A stretch of DNA of 61,531 nucleotides, filler included, from Sphacelaria rigidula (GCA_964200075.2; 6 parts of 6 records of this genome joined end to end with filler, not necessarily neighbours in it), one strand, 5' to 3'; shown: positions 23,135 through 36,108, numbered from the whole stretch's first letter. Translations and numbers: made by a program. The notes: a model not told the origin generated them from the sequence alone.

Positions 23135-23589
23135 GAGTCATGCCACGGTAGGGTTGCACAAAACATTTATCAGGTTTGAATTGCTAGAAATCCTCCGTAT
23201 CTCACCAAAACAACTACCCATAAAATATGTGAGAGCACGCCACGACTCGCATGCCAATGGGAGAGTGATATCTCGGATTTGAAAACGGGCATATCCTCAC
23301 CCATAATGGGGAGTTTTGGAAAAATCTTTTTCGCTATTTCAGAGTGCAAATATCTCAGGATTAGAGTACAGAATACCAAAAAAAAACATCATCGTAAAAA
23401 GTCAAGGGTATTCCACATTTGACGAAGGGGGAATATTTTTTCGTCACACTCTGATCCTGAGATATTTGCACTCTGAAATGAGGAGTATGCTTTTCCCGAA
23501 ACTCTCTAGTATTCTTGTGCAGCTCCTAGCTCTCCTTAGGAGCCCCTCAATGAGAAACATCTGGGCCCACACTCTACCTTGCATGTCTT
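23135..23589. mobile_element. Second copy of the 21748 MITE family, carrying a nested insertion
   Basis: Starts GAGTCATGCCACGGTAGGGTTGCAC and is internally similar to 21748-21960. Degenerate right TIR CTCTACCTTGCATGTCTT. Flanks TCAT/TGAT. Confidence 0.6.
23311..23504. mobile_element. Nested foldback MITE
   Basis: ATTTCAGAGTGCAAATATCTCAGGATTAGAGT (23336-23367) pairs with 23448-23479. Outer ends GAGTTTTGGAAAA and TTTTCCCGAAACTC. Confidence 0.8.
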
Positions 23590-24381
23590 TGATCTTGTAT
23601 GTCCCAAAACCGCAGTTAGTTGTTATTGAGTCAATTACGTGGCCCAAAAGGAAGCTATTATAGGAAGCTATCCAGAGGAGATCGACCAGACCGAAGTGAC
23701 AGACGCGGGGTCGGTGGCACCCTCTTTCCACACATACCGAATAGTATTTATGTATACGAGCTGGGCCAGCAGTGAACCCCGCATTCGCTTCCCACACACC
23801 ACAGCTTCTCAAGTTTCTCGAAGATCGCTGTGAACTGCATACCAACCTGGTAGAACACGGCACCGCCGCGCTGAAAGACGAAGAAAAAATGAAAAACTGT
23901 ACGCCATAATAATATATGACAGTAACTACGAGATAAAAAAAATGGAACCTGTCGGAATTCGGACCCATGAGTTCCATAACGGGAATCTCCTGTATCACTT
24001 GGATCAAAGGGGCGTGGTCGTGTCACACGAAAAATGCGATGCGGCGCCCAAATTGAGGTATTTTTGGCCGAAACTACGCCAGGATGTCCTGGACGCGAGT
24101 GCCCACAACATTGTTCAAAGTGCAGCCGTATTTATCATTTTTTCCATCGAGTTATAGCCTTTTTCTTGTCTTTGCTGAAACTTTGACTCGCTCTCACTTC
24201 CTGATTTTTTGTTTGTTTTCCTCTGCATCCCCGATAATGTTGCGTGGGTTGATGTAATGCCTTGCCAAAATTTCACCGCCTAACTCTTCGAATTACCAAT
24301 CGTATCGCCAATATTCATTCAAAAACTATTGTCAGCTGGCCCAGCTCGTACATCAACACAAGATAAAACAAGTAAACGTAC

Positions 24382-24442
24382 GTAAGGATCCGGTGAAATC
24401 TTGGCCGGTAGCCTGCTTTCATCAACCAAGACAATAATGCCT
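24382..24442 (-). CDS. Candidate internal exon (EALLSWLMKAGYRPRFHRILT), unknown protein
   Basis: Bounded by CAG and GTACGT. Phase 1 entry matches the exon at 24846-24981. A second reading frame is also open. Confidence 0.35.
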
Positions 24443-24444
24443 CT

Positions 24445-24770
24445 GTGTGTGTTGTCATCCAATCTATTCTGGACGCCGGTCTACACCTTTTGGTATATGT
24501 GGGCGCATCAGCCGGGGTCACACAGGAGGAAGGTCAACACAGGAGCTTTTTAATTTTATTTTAGAACCCCTCCTTCCTTCTGCGGTGCTTGCCTTTATTT
24601 TTTATCGCGAGAGGGGTCCGGCAGCCCCTTTCCCTCGTCGACCGTTAAGTCGAATTATGTCTACCCACGACAAAGTCGCTCTCCACCGTTGGGCATGGTG
24701 TCAGAAAAAATCCCAGATCGAACCATCAGAAGGTTTCCAGCTCACCAACTGAGCCACTGGGGCGACCGAC
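24445..24770 (-). mobile_element. SINE-A copy with a deletion in the tRNA-like head
   Basis: The minus strand reads GTCGCCCCAGTGGCTCAGTTGG...GGTTCGAT...GGCGTCCAGAATAGATTGGATGACAACACACAC and is collinear with 39557-39934. Confidence 0.85.
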
Positions 24771-24845
24771 GCCGGAATTCTCTGCTGAGTGATCTTGGGT
24801 TCATCCACCCACCATACTCCAACACATTTTCACAGACGTGTTCAC

Positions 24846-24981
24846 CTGCGTAGGGCTCGGGGTTCCAGCAGCCGAATCTTTCAATCAAGTCCATGCCGGG
24901 TGCCCAAACCACCAATCGCTTCAGCAGGATTGTACTAAAGTGGCCCGCAGTCAGCACATGGCGGTCAATGATCCAAAATGC
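24846..24981 (-). CDS. Candidate internal exon (AFWIIDRHVLTAGHFSTILLKRLVVWAPGMDLIERFGCWNPEPYA)
   Basis: TAG acceptor and CAG|GTGAAC donor. Only one frame is open. Confidence 0.4.
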
Positions 24982-26185
24982 CTACAGTAGCATTTAAACA
25001 AAGATACCCCAATACGAGCTTTGTTTTTGCGTTTTGGCATTTGCCCTTCCCCAACGAATTCCCCCAAATACTACGTGGTAAAAAGAAACAACAGAGAGCA
25101 CAAGACAAGAACAGTGCGAAAACAAGCAAGTGCAGAAAGAAAAAACGTGTAATGACAGAGACGCGGAGTTAAGATCGGTCTCGAGAAAGAAGCAATATAC
25201 CTCCGACATGACCTTGGAGTGAAGTCAAAGTATTTTGTTTTTTTCCTCGACAACAAGCTACACGCAGGGATCTCACGCGAAAATCACGAGATATGAACTG
25301 AAGGCTGCGGGCGGGCTTGGAAGGTTACCCGGAGGGATGCAGTCCGAAACCAGCTTCGCGGTCACGCCTTGTCAGTAGATACTCCGGCGTGCCCTACCAC
25401 ACGCAACGCATCTGCTCACCTCACACAGCAAAGCAGCGTATGTATGTCAGCCGTGGTCCCATTTTTTTTTTTTCAATTTTTCGTGCGCAGTCCCGTGGCG
25501 TGTCGTCCAAAAGGCATGAGACACAAGAAGTGGTACGACAACGCGGGGTAGATGGGCAAAGTATGAGTACGTGAAGTTTTCACACACAGCGCTATGCCCA
25601 GTACATACATATATGTATGATGCGTGTGTATGTGTGTATATATAATATGATGAGAATGTATCGTGTGTATAATAAAAAGTATGGCAAAATGGACATCGAT
25701 GGGGAAACAACGAAAACCGACGACGATACCTCCGAAATGGCCAGTCAGCAACACATAGTCACACGAGTTGATCGGTCACCGAGTAAGACGTCGGCGGCCA
25801 CCATTTCGCAACCAACAACCAGGTTTGCACTAACAACAGTGCAATGCCTACCATTATATTTTCCCATCATTCGATTGCATGAATCCCATGCATGCCCCCG
25901 TGTAGGCTTATCAAGGGAGGCAGCATCGATTCACGCACTCCCCCCGACGGCACGCTCATTCGTCCGAATAGCGTAAGGACAGGCAAAGTCAGATATCTAG
26001 GTTGCAGATAATAAAAAAATGATGTATCTGTGACAACACCCCGCAGCAAGGGGCACGTACAACACGGGTAGCAGGCAAGCAAAATGTCGTTCGCATTTCA
26101 AATCTGAATTGAGAGAGGGTAAGAATTCGTCCACTAGAGACAACAATAATTGCTGGCGAATTTATGTACCCCCACCCCCCACCCT

Positions 26186-26467
26186 GAGGAAATGTGCGAA
26201 GTGGACGTAGGTGGCATGAACTCGTTTAATACATTGGACAGTAGCGAGAAAACGATGGCTATACTACTAGGAGGTAGATGGTGGCCACAGACGGCGAAAC
26301 ATGAAGGGAATAAAATACGCAAAACATTTTTGTGTAATGTATGGAGATAACGTATTGAGCTCCCAAATGTTGGAGGTGTCTCTATCAGGAGAAGGAACGG
26401 TGCTTCGTCTCGAAAGAGATGCGTGGTCAATGGTCTACTAATAAAAAAGCAAGCGACAAATGAGTAC
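26186..26467 (+). mobile_element. 5'-truncated LINE-C 3' end
   Basis: Encodes EEMCEVDVGGMNSFNTLDSSEKTMAILLGGRWWPQTAK..., homologous to 50614-50910. Ends AAATGAGTAC. C-rich tracts lie on both sides (26169-26184 and 26468-26500). Confidence 0.9.
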
Positions 26468-26489
26468 TCTCCCTCCTCCCTCCCCTTTC

Positions 26490-27355
26490 CCTCCCTTTCC
26501 GCGAGCACTTGCACCTTGCGCGGCGGACTGCCGCACTGGCCTCTTCATGCACCGAACGAAACGAGTAGATCGCCACGGGCTAGGGGCGGGGACAAAATTG
26601 GCACCTCTCCTGCCGCCACCCCTTCTCGCGCTGACTCGATCGCTAGTGTATGGCCCGCCGTGATGGACGGATGCTTCACTCTTAATTCTTCGTGCTGAAG
26701 CCGCCGGCGCTGCTGGCCTCAGCTGGGCGACGGGGGCACCATAATCCACTTTCGCCCGTTGTTGTTTTTGTGTTACCTCTACAAGGGGCAGTCCTTGTTG
26801 TTGGATTTCAAGGTGCTGAATGTATCCCGCGGCCTGGGATTGCGGTCGAGGAGGAGCAGCAGGCAGATCGGTTCGGTGTTCGCAGCCGGTGGCGGTATGA
26901 GTTGGCACGGTAGCAGCATTGTCATCTTTCGGGAGGAGGTCGCTGCTCGGGCCCTCGTTATTGTCACGGCCATGGTTGTCGTGGTCGTCGGGGTCGTGAT
27001 AAGTCGCCTGAAATTTTGCTTTTGCTACTGAAGGTATCTTGTCTCCCGTGGTCGTTGGTGGTGTATAACCCTCACGCAAAGATATGTGTTTTGTCGCTGC
27101 CGTCGACGTTCCTCCGGCCGCCGTCGGGATAAAGATTAGCGCTGGGAGCTGGCGCTCGGCTATCCCACTCCTCTTCCCCACCTCTTCTACATAGAGGAAC
27201 AGCGTTTCGGAACAACAGGGAGTGGATGGAAGGTGGCCGAGGTCATCGGTGAAGAGATACATGTTGCCTCCGCTCGGAGAAAGTTCTACATAAGGCCCAT
27301 TATTATCGACACTGCTTTTGATGGAGATATCAGAAACGCTCGGACTTGTCGGACT
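26490..27355 (-). CDS. Probable large exon of the unknown minus-strand gene (boundaries uncertain)
   Basis: ORF 26438-27262 extends upstream to a CAG near 27356. The sequence is GC-rich and low-complexity. Its last codons run into the LINE copy. Confidence 0.35.
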
Positions 27356-27662
27356 CTGCGTTCAGGCTTCTCCGAAAACGAACCTACTTCATGTTTTCTC
27401 CGAAAATTATTTGTTTTCTTAGAAATTCGAAAATTCGGACTGCAACGCAGCATTCCGGGTAGCTGCTCCGTATGTACGCCGTGGCGCTCGCATGCGCTCG
27501 AGCGTCATCAGGTACTTTACCAGTCCCGAGAAATCCGAGGTCTCCGAAAAAACAGTGCCGATAGTAGTCGGTCTAACCATATATATATGCCGTCTTCCTG
27601 AAGGTAATCTCTCGTCTTCCTGAAGGTAATGTCTATCCGGTTGCACAGGGCGTATGACTCAC

Positions 27663-30574
27663 CTGGTATGTCTGCTGGTTGGACGGTACTTTCAGAAGCC
27701 CGTGGAGAGTGCTGACCGCCCACGGCCGACCGCGATGATGTACTATTCACGTTGACCTCCGTGCTGCCTTGCCCGGGCTGGTCTTGTCGTAGACGCGGTG
27801 GCCGGTACTCTCGAGCAATGCCATCGGCATCGTGACGGCAAGGAATTGGCAACGGGGTCAGCTTCTTTCCTTCGTTCGAATCACGTCTCCCGGCTTCACT
27901 ATCTCCACCGCAGGCACCTGTCAGTGCCATCGAGTCGTTTACGCTGGTTGCTGTAGCAACGTCGGTACGATTGGCGTTGGCCACCAAACCAATATCAATA
28001 TCCCCGCCAGAACCGTACGCACGATCCGCACCATCATAGCAACCGCCTCCACTATAATCACCACCCCCCCGCGCCTTCAAAAGTTGTATCCTTTCGCCCC
28101 CCTTCCCGCCACTGTCCCAAATCACCGGATTCGGGAGTCTAGCACCACGAACTCGACGCATCTTCAAGACCCTGGATGACGGACAATGTACAAATCCACC
28201 AGCAATCATTCTCTCCACACCCTGGAGGCTCAAGTCGCCCGCTGATCGTCGTTCTCCACATTCTTCTCCGCCGCCACTGACTCCTCGCTTTGTGCACCCC
28301 GCCTGCCGTGCTGGTCGGCGCAAAAAGGCCAAGAGGATGCTGTTGTTTCGCCTTGCATTCGGTGGACGAGGGTTGTAGTTTCGGCCGATCACTGCCGCCG
28401 CTTCGCCGGCGGCCTGTCGCTTCAGGCGGATGTGTGCATCAGTACCGCTGACCCTGGGGTGGATTGACCACAGGGGCGGTAGCGATGATGGAAGGAGCAA
28501 ACGAGGATAAGAATAGACGCTTTTTTCCTGGTTGCGGTTTCCGAGCAAGGTCTTGCACTATTCGCAACCTTCGGTTGTCAGCCGGAGTTGACAGCTCAAT
28601 CACAAGCTGTATAGTGTTACCCTCCAACGGAGAGCTTGGATTTGTCGATGCCCAGTAAGTAGCGTGGTCATATCGATGTTACGCTCTAATGATCCAAAGC
28701 GAGGGAGAATCTATATTCGTTGTTGTCGAAGTCGAGGCACGCCCTGGTTCACGCGCGGTTGCACAAACACCACCGCTTACTTGTATTAAAATCTAACGGA
28801 AGCGGACATTCTTGTAGTATTGTTTTTTTTTGTTGAATTACGTTTTGCGCTGTTTCGCATTGCCGCCCACTGTCCAGATGACACATCCGGAATCACTCGT
28901 GAACCAAGAGGTTTCCGGCAGGTCGGATTTCCTATTCAAGACATATATATATATATATTATGTTCGTCCAATAGACAAACACCACGGGCTTCCACTCCCT
29001 TGCTCTAGTTCTTGGCGGCTCATGACGTCACCCGCCAGTAGATTCCTCATCGACCAACACTGCGTTCTTTTGTTCTTTGACGAAAACTAGTCGATCAGTA
29101 AATACTGCAAGTGATGCGCGACAACTTTACAGACCACTCATTGTCTCCCCCTCATTTCCCCGTCGAGATCTCTTGCCGCTAGCACAATAACTACAGAAAC
29201 ATCCCCCTCCCCGCAAACAGCAGCAGGCTCTCTCACCTACCAACAATCCCGTCGTAGTGCACCGGCCAACACGACTTCTCCTCCACCACCCCTTCGCACT
29301 CGTTTTCCGGCGCCAAATTCTCGCTCTGCTTCGTTGTACCTCTGTTCCTGTGCCCCGCGGATTCCACTGCAGGCCCTATCCCTTCATCGCGCTCGTCAGC
29401 CATACCATTCCCCCCTTCCTTCTCCTCCTGCGGCCCATCACAATGTTCGCAGGCTAGAGAGTCCCCGTCGTATGCTGGCGGCAAGCACGGTCGCGCCGCT
29501 GCCTGACGGGCGAGCCGCGCGGCTTGAAGTTTGGAGCGTGCGGCTTCATCTAGCTTTCGGGGTTTGTGCCCTTGGTTTCTCATACATCTGAGGGGAAATA
29601 TCGCAACAATTCGATTGCTTTGTTGGTATGAATAAGTAGAGGCTGAGATTTGTTGACCCTTGGGGAGCGAAGTACTGCAAATCCTTTTGGCTTGATTTAT
29701 CATGGACGGACGCATCCGCAGTAAACAAATACATATATATTTATTTGCCGATCAGAGGTTAAAAGTACGGATTGCCTTGAAACTGCCTGCTTGTTGTTGG
29801 GAGAATGTCGGATCAGTGTTCTGATGTTGTGGGTTGCGATCAAGGCACTACGAATTCGGCCACTGATGGTGATCGAAGGACTGCGATTACGTGGTATTTC
29901 GGGGCATCTGTGTATACCCTGAAAGTTTGTATAGCTCAAATTCGGTACAGATAGTGAGAATATTTTTAGCTGTTTCATCGACAAACGGCAGATGATAGTA
30001 GTTAATGAGGAGGAAAATACGGAAGACGCTACAAAACGTGTCGGTATTCACTGCAGCAAAGAGTCATTCTTTTCTGCTGCGCTGCTTGTCGTCGAATGGT
30101 TCCAATAATGAGGTTGGATGCTGCGACTAGACAAAGCACATTCGTTCCAACTGCCGTTCGGTCCTGTTCTCCCCCTCCTTTTTCCCTCGACTTTGTTTCT
30201 CATCACGCGACAGACAGCAGTTCGTCGGATACTGACCGTTTGCCGAGGATGAACTGGGCGGCTTCCATCGCCCGGCTGATCTCTACAGCCCTCCTCCGTT
30301 TCTTTTTTAGCGTTGTTTCTTGGTGTCCGTTTTTCCGTTGTCCCGAAACGCCCGCTGCCTCCGCCGCACCGGCCGTGAACAGTTCCTTTCAGGGTAGAAA
30401 ATAGCACGAGCCCACGTCACGACGAGTAACTCTTACAACAAAACACCAGTCGCAGAGGTGAAGATATTCTAAACTTTCGTGTACAGCTGCCGCCGCTCCC
30501 TGGTGATCAAAGTGGTGCGCATCATCGGCCAGTTTGTGCCGAGTGAAAGTAGTGGCGCTGAATCTGGACATCGA
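27663..30574 (-). CDS. Multi-exon gene fragment, unknown protein (exons 30574-30475, 30385-30237, 29587-29241, 29104-29032, 28931-28842, 28453-27663)
   Basis: Six AG/GT-bounded segments chain with compatible phases (0, 2, 1, 2, 2) into a stop-free peptide ...NWPMMRTTLITRERRQLYTKELF...KKKRRRAVEISRAMEAAQFILGKRCMRNQ... This is a manual model and no family was recognised. Confidence 0.5.
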
Positions 30575-30719
30575 CTGTGTGTTAGCAGCCAAACGATGCG
30601 CGACCAACACCACGGATTGAACCATTTTCCCCCCCAAGACATACTCGTAGTGTAGAGATCTCAAGAAACTGTTCTTGGGATGCACACATAAAAAAAGTAA
30701 TAGAGAAGGGTAAGGCACA

Positions 30720-30819
30720 NNNNNNNNNNNNNNNNNNNNNNNNNNNNNNNNNNNNNNNNNNNNTTAATTAATTAANNNNNNNNNNNNNNNNNNNNNNNNN
30801 NNNNNNNNNNNNNNNNNNN
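30720..30819. other. Artificial contig spacer
   Basis: N44-TTAATTAATTAA-N44. Confidence 0.99.
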
Positions 30820-32827
30820 GTACACGCAGCCCAGACACGTGGAATGGCGCAAAAGTTGCGTGGATGCCTCTTGCACCAGCGATCAAGTTTTTTCTCCCTT
30901 TTGGGCAATCAGGCCGGAGAAATCGTGAAATAGGTGATTTTGAGTCATGATTTGTCCTAACCGTGTATTATTGTCCACGCACGGCCAAGAACGGTCAAAT
31001 CCAGAAAAAACAGCCAATTTTCTCTGGACTTGACCATTTCTGGACAAAAATGCTTGTTTGGACAAAAAAAAACTGTTGCCACGGGAAAACGCGAAGTTGT
31101 CTTGGAACCATCCCGGCGAGTAGAGTAAGTCATTACAAGGTATCCAAATTCGTCCAACTCTCCTTGAGCGCGTAAAACGACGCAGAAGCACCTAAAAGGC
31201 AGTTTTATAGGATTTTTTTTGTTTGCCATACTCGTAGGAAGCGGCCTAATAATGAGACGCGGCCTTTATCTAACTATTTGTTCTATAGAAGAAGTGCGGC
31301 GGAAAAGAAAATATATGATCTGGTGGATAGGTCGTCATTCATGTTCACGCCGTTCATGTTGAAATTAGAAATTACGACGACCTACGCGATCAGATTTTTT
31401 TTTCCACCGCTTTTTTTTTCATCGGAAAATGACAAAACACGGCCTCGCATGCATATGGAACAAGAGGCAACAAGCGGGTGTGACGCGCGCGTTTCCTCCT
31501 CCAACCAAACCCACCGCACATGCGGCGGAACATTTTTTCGTCGACCACAGCCTACTATATACTCCACACACACGTGATACTACAGTACAGTACAGTAGTC
31601 TGCACTGCAGTGTGAGGGAACAAGGGAACCGAGGTTTCACCCTACTACGCCACAGAATCGTTATGTCGCACGTTCACGACAGAAAGTCAAACATCGTAGA
31701 CTGAACACTGTGGAACGGACGCAAAAACTGGCGGTATGATTTTTGAAAGCTGGGACCGGGTGCGAGCATACGGTACTGTTACGGTACCCTCTTGGTGGAT
31801 ATCTGGGTGGTGTTCGTGGGAAATTACTTCCCTGGACTCTCTTACGAAGAACTATGGTATCCTCATTTACTGCAGTACAGACAACAGTGTTACTTTCGTG
31901 AGCGAGAGACGGTCCATTTACGAAGAATGATTGACCAGGCTGGAGGTCGCCATACGGCTCTCGGATGCACACGGCGCGCATGCGTCGTGATTGCTGTTGT
32001 TGGCGAACCATAATGTCATCATTGAGATGGGGCACACCGTCCTTCAGGGCGAAACAGATGAACAGTAAAGTCAAGTAACAAGTGCAGCACGAATGCATCA
32101 TCTTGCACTGCCGTCGTGCATGATGGAACAAATGGTGCACGATTCGCATGCACAGCGGACGTTCTTCACCAACTTTTTGTTCCGTTTTGTGAGAAGAGGG
32201 AAACAAGTGTAGCGTACTCGTATGCATTTTGCGGTGCGCACGGGTGTCACAACAACGCACAGAGCAAAATCTATGTTCGCGTCACGCCTCGAAAACGCAT
32301 CCTGGATCTACGGCGGGGTCGAGTGGAAGAGTGCATCGAACTTCTTTGCGTATATTCAAGGTGTACAGCGGATGTTTCCTCACGCTCACATACACCGGTG
32401 ACTACAAACGTGCTTAGACCACGCAGTATAGCACCCGGGGTGTTGTAATAAGCGAAAAAAATCGAGGCCTCGATTTTCACGATCAACGACCGCCATGACC
32501 CTTCACTGAAACACGCTTGACGATATTTACGTAGAGATACTACGCTCAGTGGCGTAGTTGTCGAAGTCTGACGATAAAATTGAGCTGGATGTCTCGGGGG
32601 CCCGCAAGATATGCGCCGTGTAGAACGTACGGCGATGGAGGGAAAGGTGGTTGAATGAAATTCTCCATGAACATTCGGAAGCCATAATTTTTCGATCGAG
32701 CGACAACATGGATCATACAATTTTCTTCACCTCAAACACAAGAAGCAAAGCTCGTGCGTACATACTTCCCCCTAAATCCAACCACAACTCGAATGCGCTC
32801 TGTATCAACACGAATCAAAACGCATAC

Positions 32828-33012
32828 CTCCTCGCAGAGCTAAGCCTGGCGGGCTGCGGCCCCTCCTGATTACTGGCCACACGGAAAGCAGCGGCTGGGG
32901 GATGCACAAATCCCTGAACGAGTACGTAGGTGTTGGTGCTGCCCGACAAATCCAGCGGTGCAAGGAACTGCATCGCTGTCAAAACAGCGGCCGTTGCTGT
33001 CTTAGATAACAT
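32828..33012 (-). CDS. Candidate first exon of a gene divergent from PRP16, with a signal-peptide/bipartite plastid presequence-like N-terminus
   Basis: ATG at 33012. MLSKTATAAVLTAMQFLAPL...VLVQG-FVHPP, then an A/R/S-rich stretch. GAG|GTATGC donor. Confidence 0.4.
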
Positions 33013-33372
33013 GCTTGGTATTTAGTGATGTACCAATTCCACTTTGCTTCTGCGACCAAATGCTTTCCACCTCCTGCGTCTGCTGTCTGCGTTTCTCAGT
33101 CCTGGTACAAAGCGCGATCTGAATGCTTGATAAATGTGGACGGTGTTCTGAAAAGAGGAATATATTCTTCACTGTTTTCAACACCATACTTGACCATGAC
33201 GTACGTTCCCGTTGGCGTTAAATCATCCGCGGGGTACATGTCAAGTACAGAGTATCTAATCAGCAGCAGCATAGGACAGCCGTCGTACCTCATCACACTC
33301 CACAGTCGGCGGACAGGAACAACCAAATTGTCACGGCATATTACATTTGCTCGATATACGATATTTCAAGGA

Positions 33373-33541
33373 ATGATTGCACGCGCCAGGGAGCGCGTTA
33401 GAGACGATGGAGCTCTTGTCGGCGAGGTGGCGTCCAAGGTGTCGGGTGCTCTGGGGCTTGATTCAGTCAACCGTACCCTTGGGCGTAATGTGGTGATTGC
33501 CGCCCTGGATGCGCACATCGCTTCTACGGCTTCACAGAATG
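33373..33541 (+). CDS. PRP16: PRP16/DHX38 exon 1 (start uncertain)
   Basis: ...DDGALVGEVASKVSGALGLDSVNRTLGRNVVIAAL... followed by an ATG|GTGAGT donor. Phase 1 matches the next exon. Confidence 0.6.
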
Positions 33542-34240
33542 GTGAGTGGGGTACTGTCGGTTATTTCTTACTACGATATCGTGGTTGTTAATGCTGTTGC
33601 TCCTGTTGTTGCTGCCTAAACTGTCTATGCGAAGGTACGCTACAGTCAAAACACCGCTACAACGATCGGTACCGTACCGTAGATGTATGATGTATGGGTA
33701 CCTCAGCTACTGGGTAAACACGGCCCAGCTTGCGTCTCAGCAGTAGATGCCGTAGCTACTGGTGGCGCGGCTGGTAGGTATGAAAGTGCTATACTCGATG
33801 CGGATTGTTTCATAAGCTGATGGGTTTGTGGGCGTTTCCGCGCTACTTGTACTGCAAACAATAACGCAGTCTCGACCCGGCCCGCTGTGCAGACCCGGAT
33901 ATATGATCCGAGGCGTCTCATGACTGTTCAGGACGGGGCAATTTGCTACCGATTGCAGTGTTCACTGGAAAGCTACCGTAGGGATTGTAATGAATCCCCT
34001 TCTCTCCTTTCTCATGCCGAAGTCACACTTCGCGTTGGTAAAAAATGCTCAGACTGACTTTCCCATCAACGTCCTATTTGCAGTTCCGGACCGGGTCTAC
34101 TCCGCCTACGCCGACCGGGTCTGCACCGCACTCCACTGCCGAATCGTCACCGATAGCATGCGTTTCGTGAGTACCCTATACACACACCTCTAGCACATTA
34201 TCACCTCCGAAAGCCCCCACTTGTGTTCCCAAAACATCAG

Positions 34241-34560
34241 GCACTGGAATAACCAGCGGCGACAACGGCCGAGAGCCGTTCCTCGAAGCGGCAAAGAAGT
34301 ACGGCCGAAATTTGAGCGACGAAATGCTGTCCGACGTGTATCGGAAGGTCACCACCAGGCTCAAGGGCGCCGCCATCCAGCTGCAGGCGATGCAACACGA
34401 AGAGGAGGCGCGCGGCGACGACAATGGTGAGGGTGCAGCAGGCCCTGGTGATGCAGGGGCTGGGTTGCTCGGCTTCGGGAAAGCGGAGCGCCTCTCTGGG
34501 CTGGGAGTAGGTGGAGCCGGCAAGCTAAAAGGTGGCCTCGTGAAGAAGCACACGTTTCAG
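34241..34560 (+). CDS. PRP16: PRP16/DHX38 exon 2
   Basis: CAG acceptor and CAG|GTACCG donor. Ends GGLVKKHTFQ, corresponding to DHX38 GGL...HVFK. Confidence 0.85.
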
Positions 34561-34599
34561 GTACCGCACGTTCGATGCCCTGCCTTGTTTGCAGAATGA

Positions 34600-34900
34600 G
34601 GGGTGCGCCCCGGTGATCCAGCTGGGACCCCCAATAGCCGGTTAGGGCCGAAGGTTGCGGGGTTTGAATCCGGACAAACACTGTCGTTGTTGGCAGAATC
34701 TGTCTTCCGCCGTCGAAGGCGTGAGGAGGTGAATAGCACGAAAAAAAAGAAGAAAAAACGAGTAGATTCGTCGGGGTGTGAAACAGGGCTGATACAATCC
34801 TCGATAAGCAAACTTCAGTCAGGTATATACCCAGGGGGAGATGGGTTGATCCCTTGGGATTTGCGGACTCGTTGCGAGGAGGAGGGACGGAGCTGAAACT
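34600..34900 (+). mobile_element. tRNA-derived SINE-C in a PRP16 intron
   Basis: Head GCGCCCCGGTGATCCAGCTGG and B-box-like GGTTTGAATCC. The 3' part GGGGAGATGGGTTGATCCCTTG...GGACTC...GAGGAGGAGG is shared with SINE-B. Confidence 0.55.
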
Positions 34901-35008
34901 ATTCGGTACATCGAAAGTATGAAAGCTGAGAGTATTACCGTAGGTACGGCAGGTCTCCCGGGGGAGTGTGGTTTGAACCCTGTTTCGTGTCACTATTGTC
35001 ATACTTGA

Positions 35009-35107
35009 CCGTTAGACGTCGAGCGTAGGTCATCTGTTGATTCAGCATCAATTTCACGCGGAAAAAACTATGCATGGTCCAGATGGACTACCCTCGCGGT
35101 CTGAGGG
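35009..35107. mobile_element. piggyBac-like MITE
   Basis: TTGA|CCGTTAGAC...GTCTGAGGG|TTAA. A homologous copy at 42711-42800 is flanked by TTAA on both sides. Confidence 0.6.
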
Positions 35108-36108
35108 TTAACCCATATCCTGTAGTGGTAGGAACGACAGTATTGAGTAAAGGCAACGTCCAGATCACGATAGCCTTGTGTGTCTTTCTTGGGGGAGGGA
35201 GGGGGGAGGGGATTGGTTGATGGAGCTTACCCGCCGTGACCGTGGGTTCAAAGTGTTTTCGGTTTTTGTTTTGGTTTACTTGCTTACTTTTACTTGCCTA
35301 CTTTCCGGGGACCCGGGGGCTGACGGCTGGCAGAAAGTGCTCTGTGTTGTACGTTGTGTCTGCCTCGTTGTCTCACGCCCGAGGTAGGTATAACGTTCCC
35401 AATCCGTTCGTGAACGTTGGAATCGACGGCAACATGATAATGTTTGGAGAGGAAGCAGAACATAGCCCATAGGTGTAAGAACGAGTAGGTGAGATTACAA
35501 TTCGACCCACAACAGTGCATGATAACTGTTTTCAGACTTCGTGAAGTCCCTCATATGGACGGCATCGGCGAGAGCTATCCCGAACGTGGTTGTTCCCATC
35601 GACCCGATGTGCGCGGCTTTTGTCCATTCGATTCGCATGTAGATACTGCCTCCTCAAACGAGCCATTCCTCTGGGGAGGGCTACCGCGGGTGCAGAGTCA
35701 AGTTACCACAAGAAAGTCTTGAATAGTAGTATTTCGCCGTCTGAACCATGATCTTTTTGACGGCGGTAAATATTCTTGGACTTTTATTGCACAAATAACT
35801 CTTGCGTAAAAACTGCGGGGAAATATGTCCCAAAAGTACCCATCGACGGGGACGTAAATCACGAATAAAAGTATGTACACCTCGCAGTCATGAAATGACC
35901 AAATGCGAAAAAAGAAGAAACTGTAATCATACTTGAAAATTGTTCCAAATATACATTGAATCCCCCACCACCCTAAACAAACTCTGTTGCTACTCAACAA
36001 GATTCTAGGTAATCCCTTCCCTGTTCTCAGTCTGTTCTACCTTCTATGTTTTTCCATTTTGCTTTTTCCCCCACGTTTCTTAAGTGTTTCAGTCTTGGTT
36101 TGTCTCGG

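Noticed and set aside
23848-24030. RGGAVFYQ as the start of a NEURL4-like ADP-ribosyltransferase motif
   Set aside because: No downstream P.GW or YHGT motifs were found in any nearby frame.
34084-34166. Additional PRP16 exon
   Set aside because: With its best donor (GTGAGT) the phase is incompatible with exon 2, whereas 33541 to 34241 splices in frame directly.
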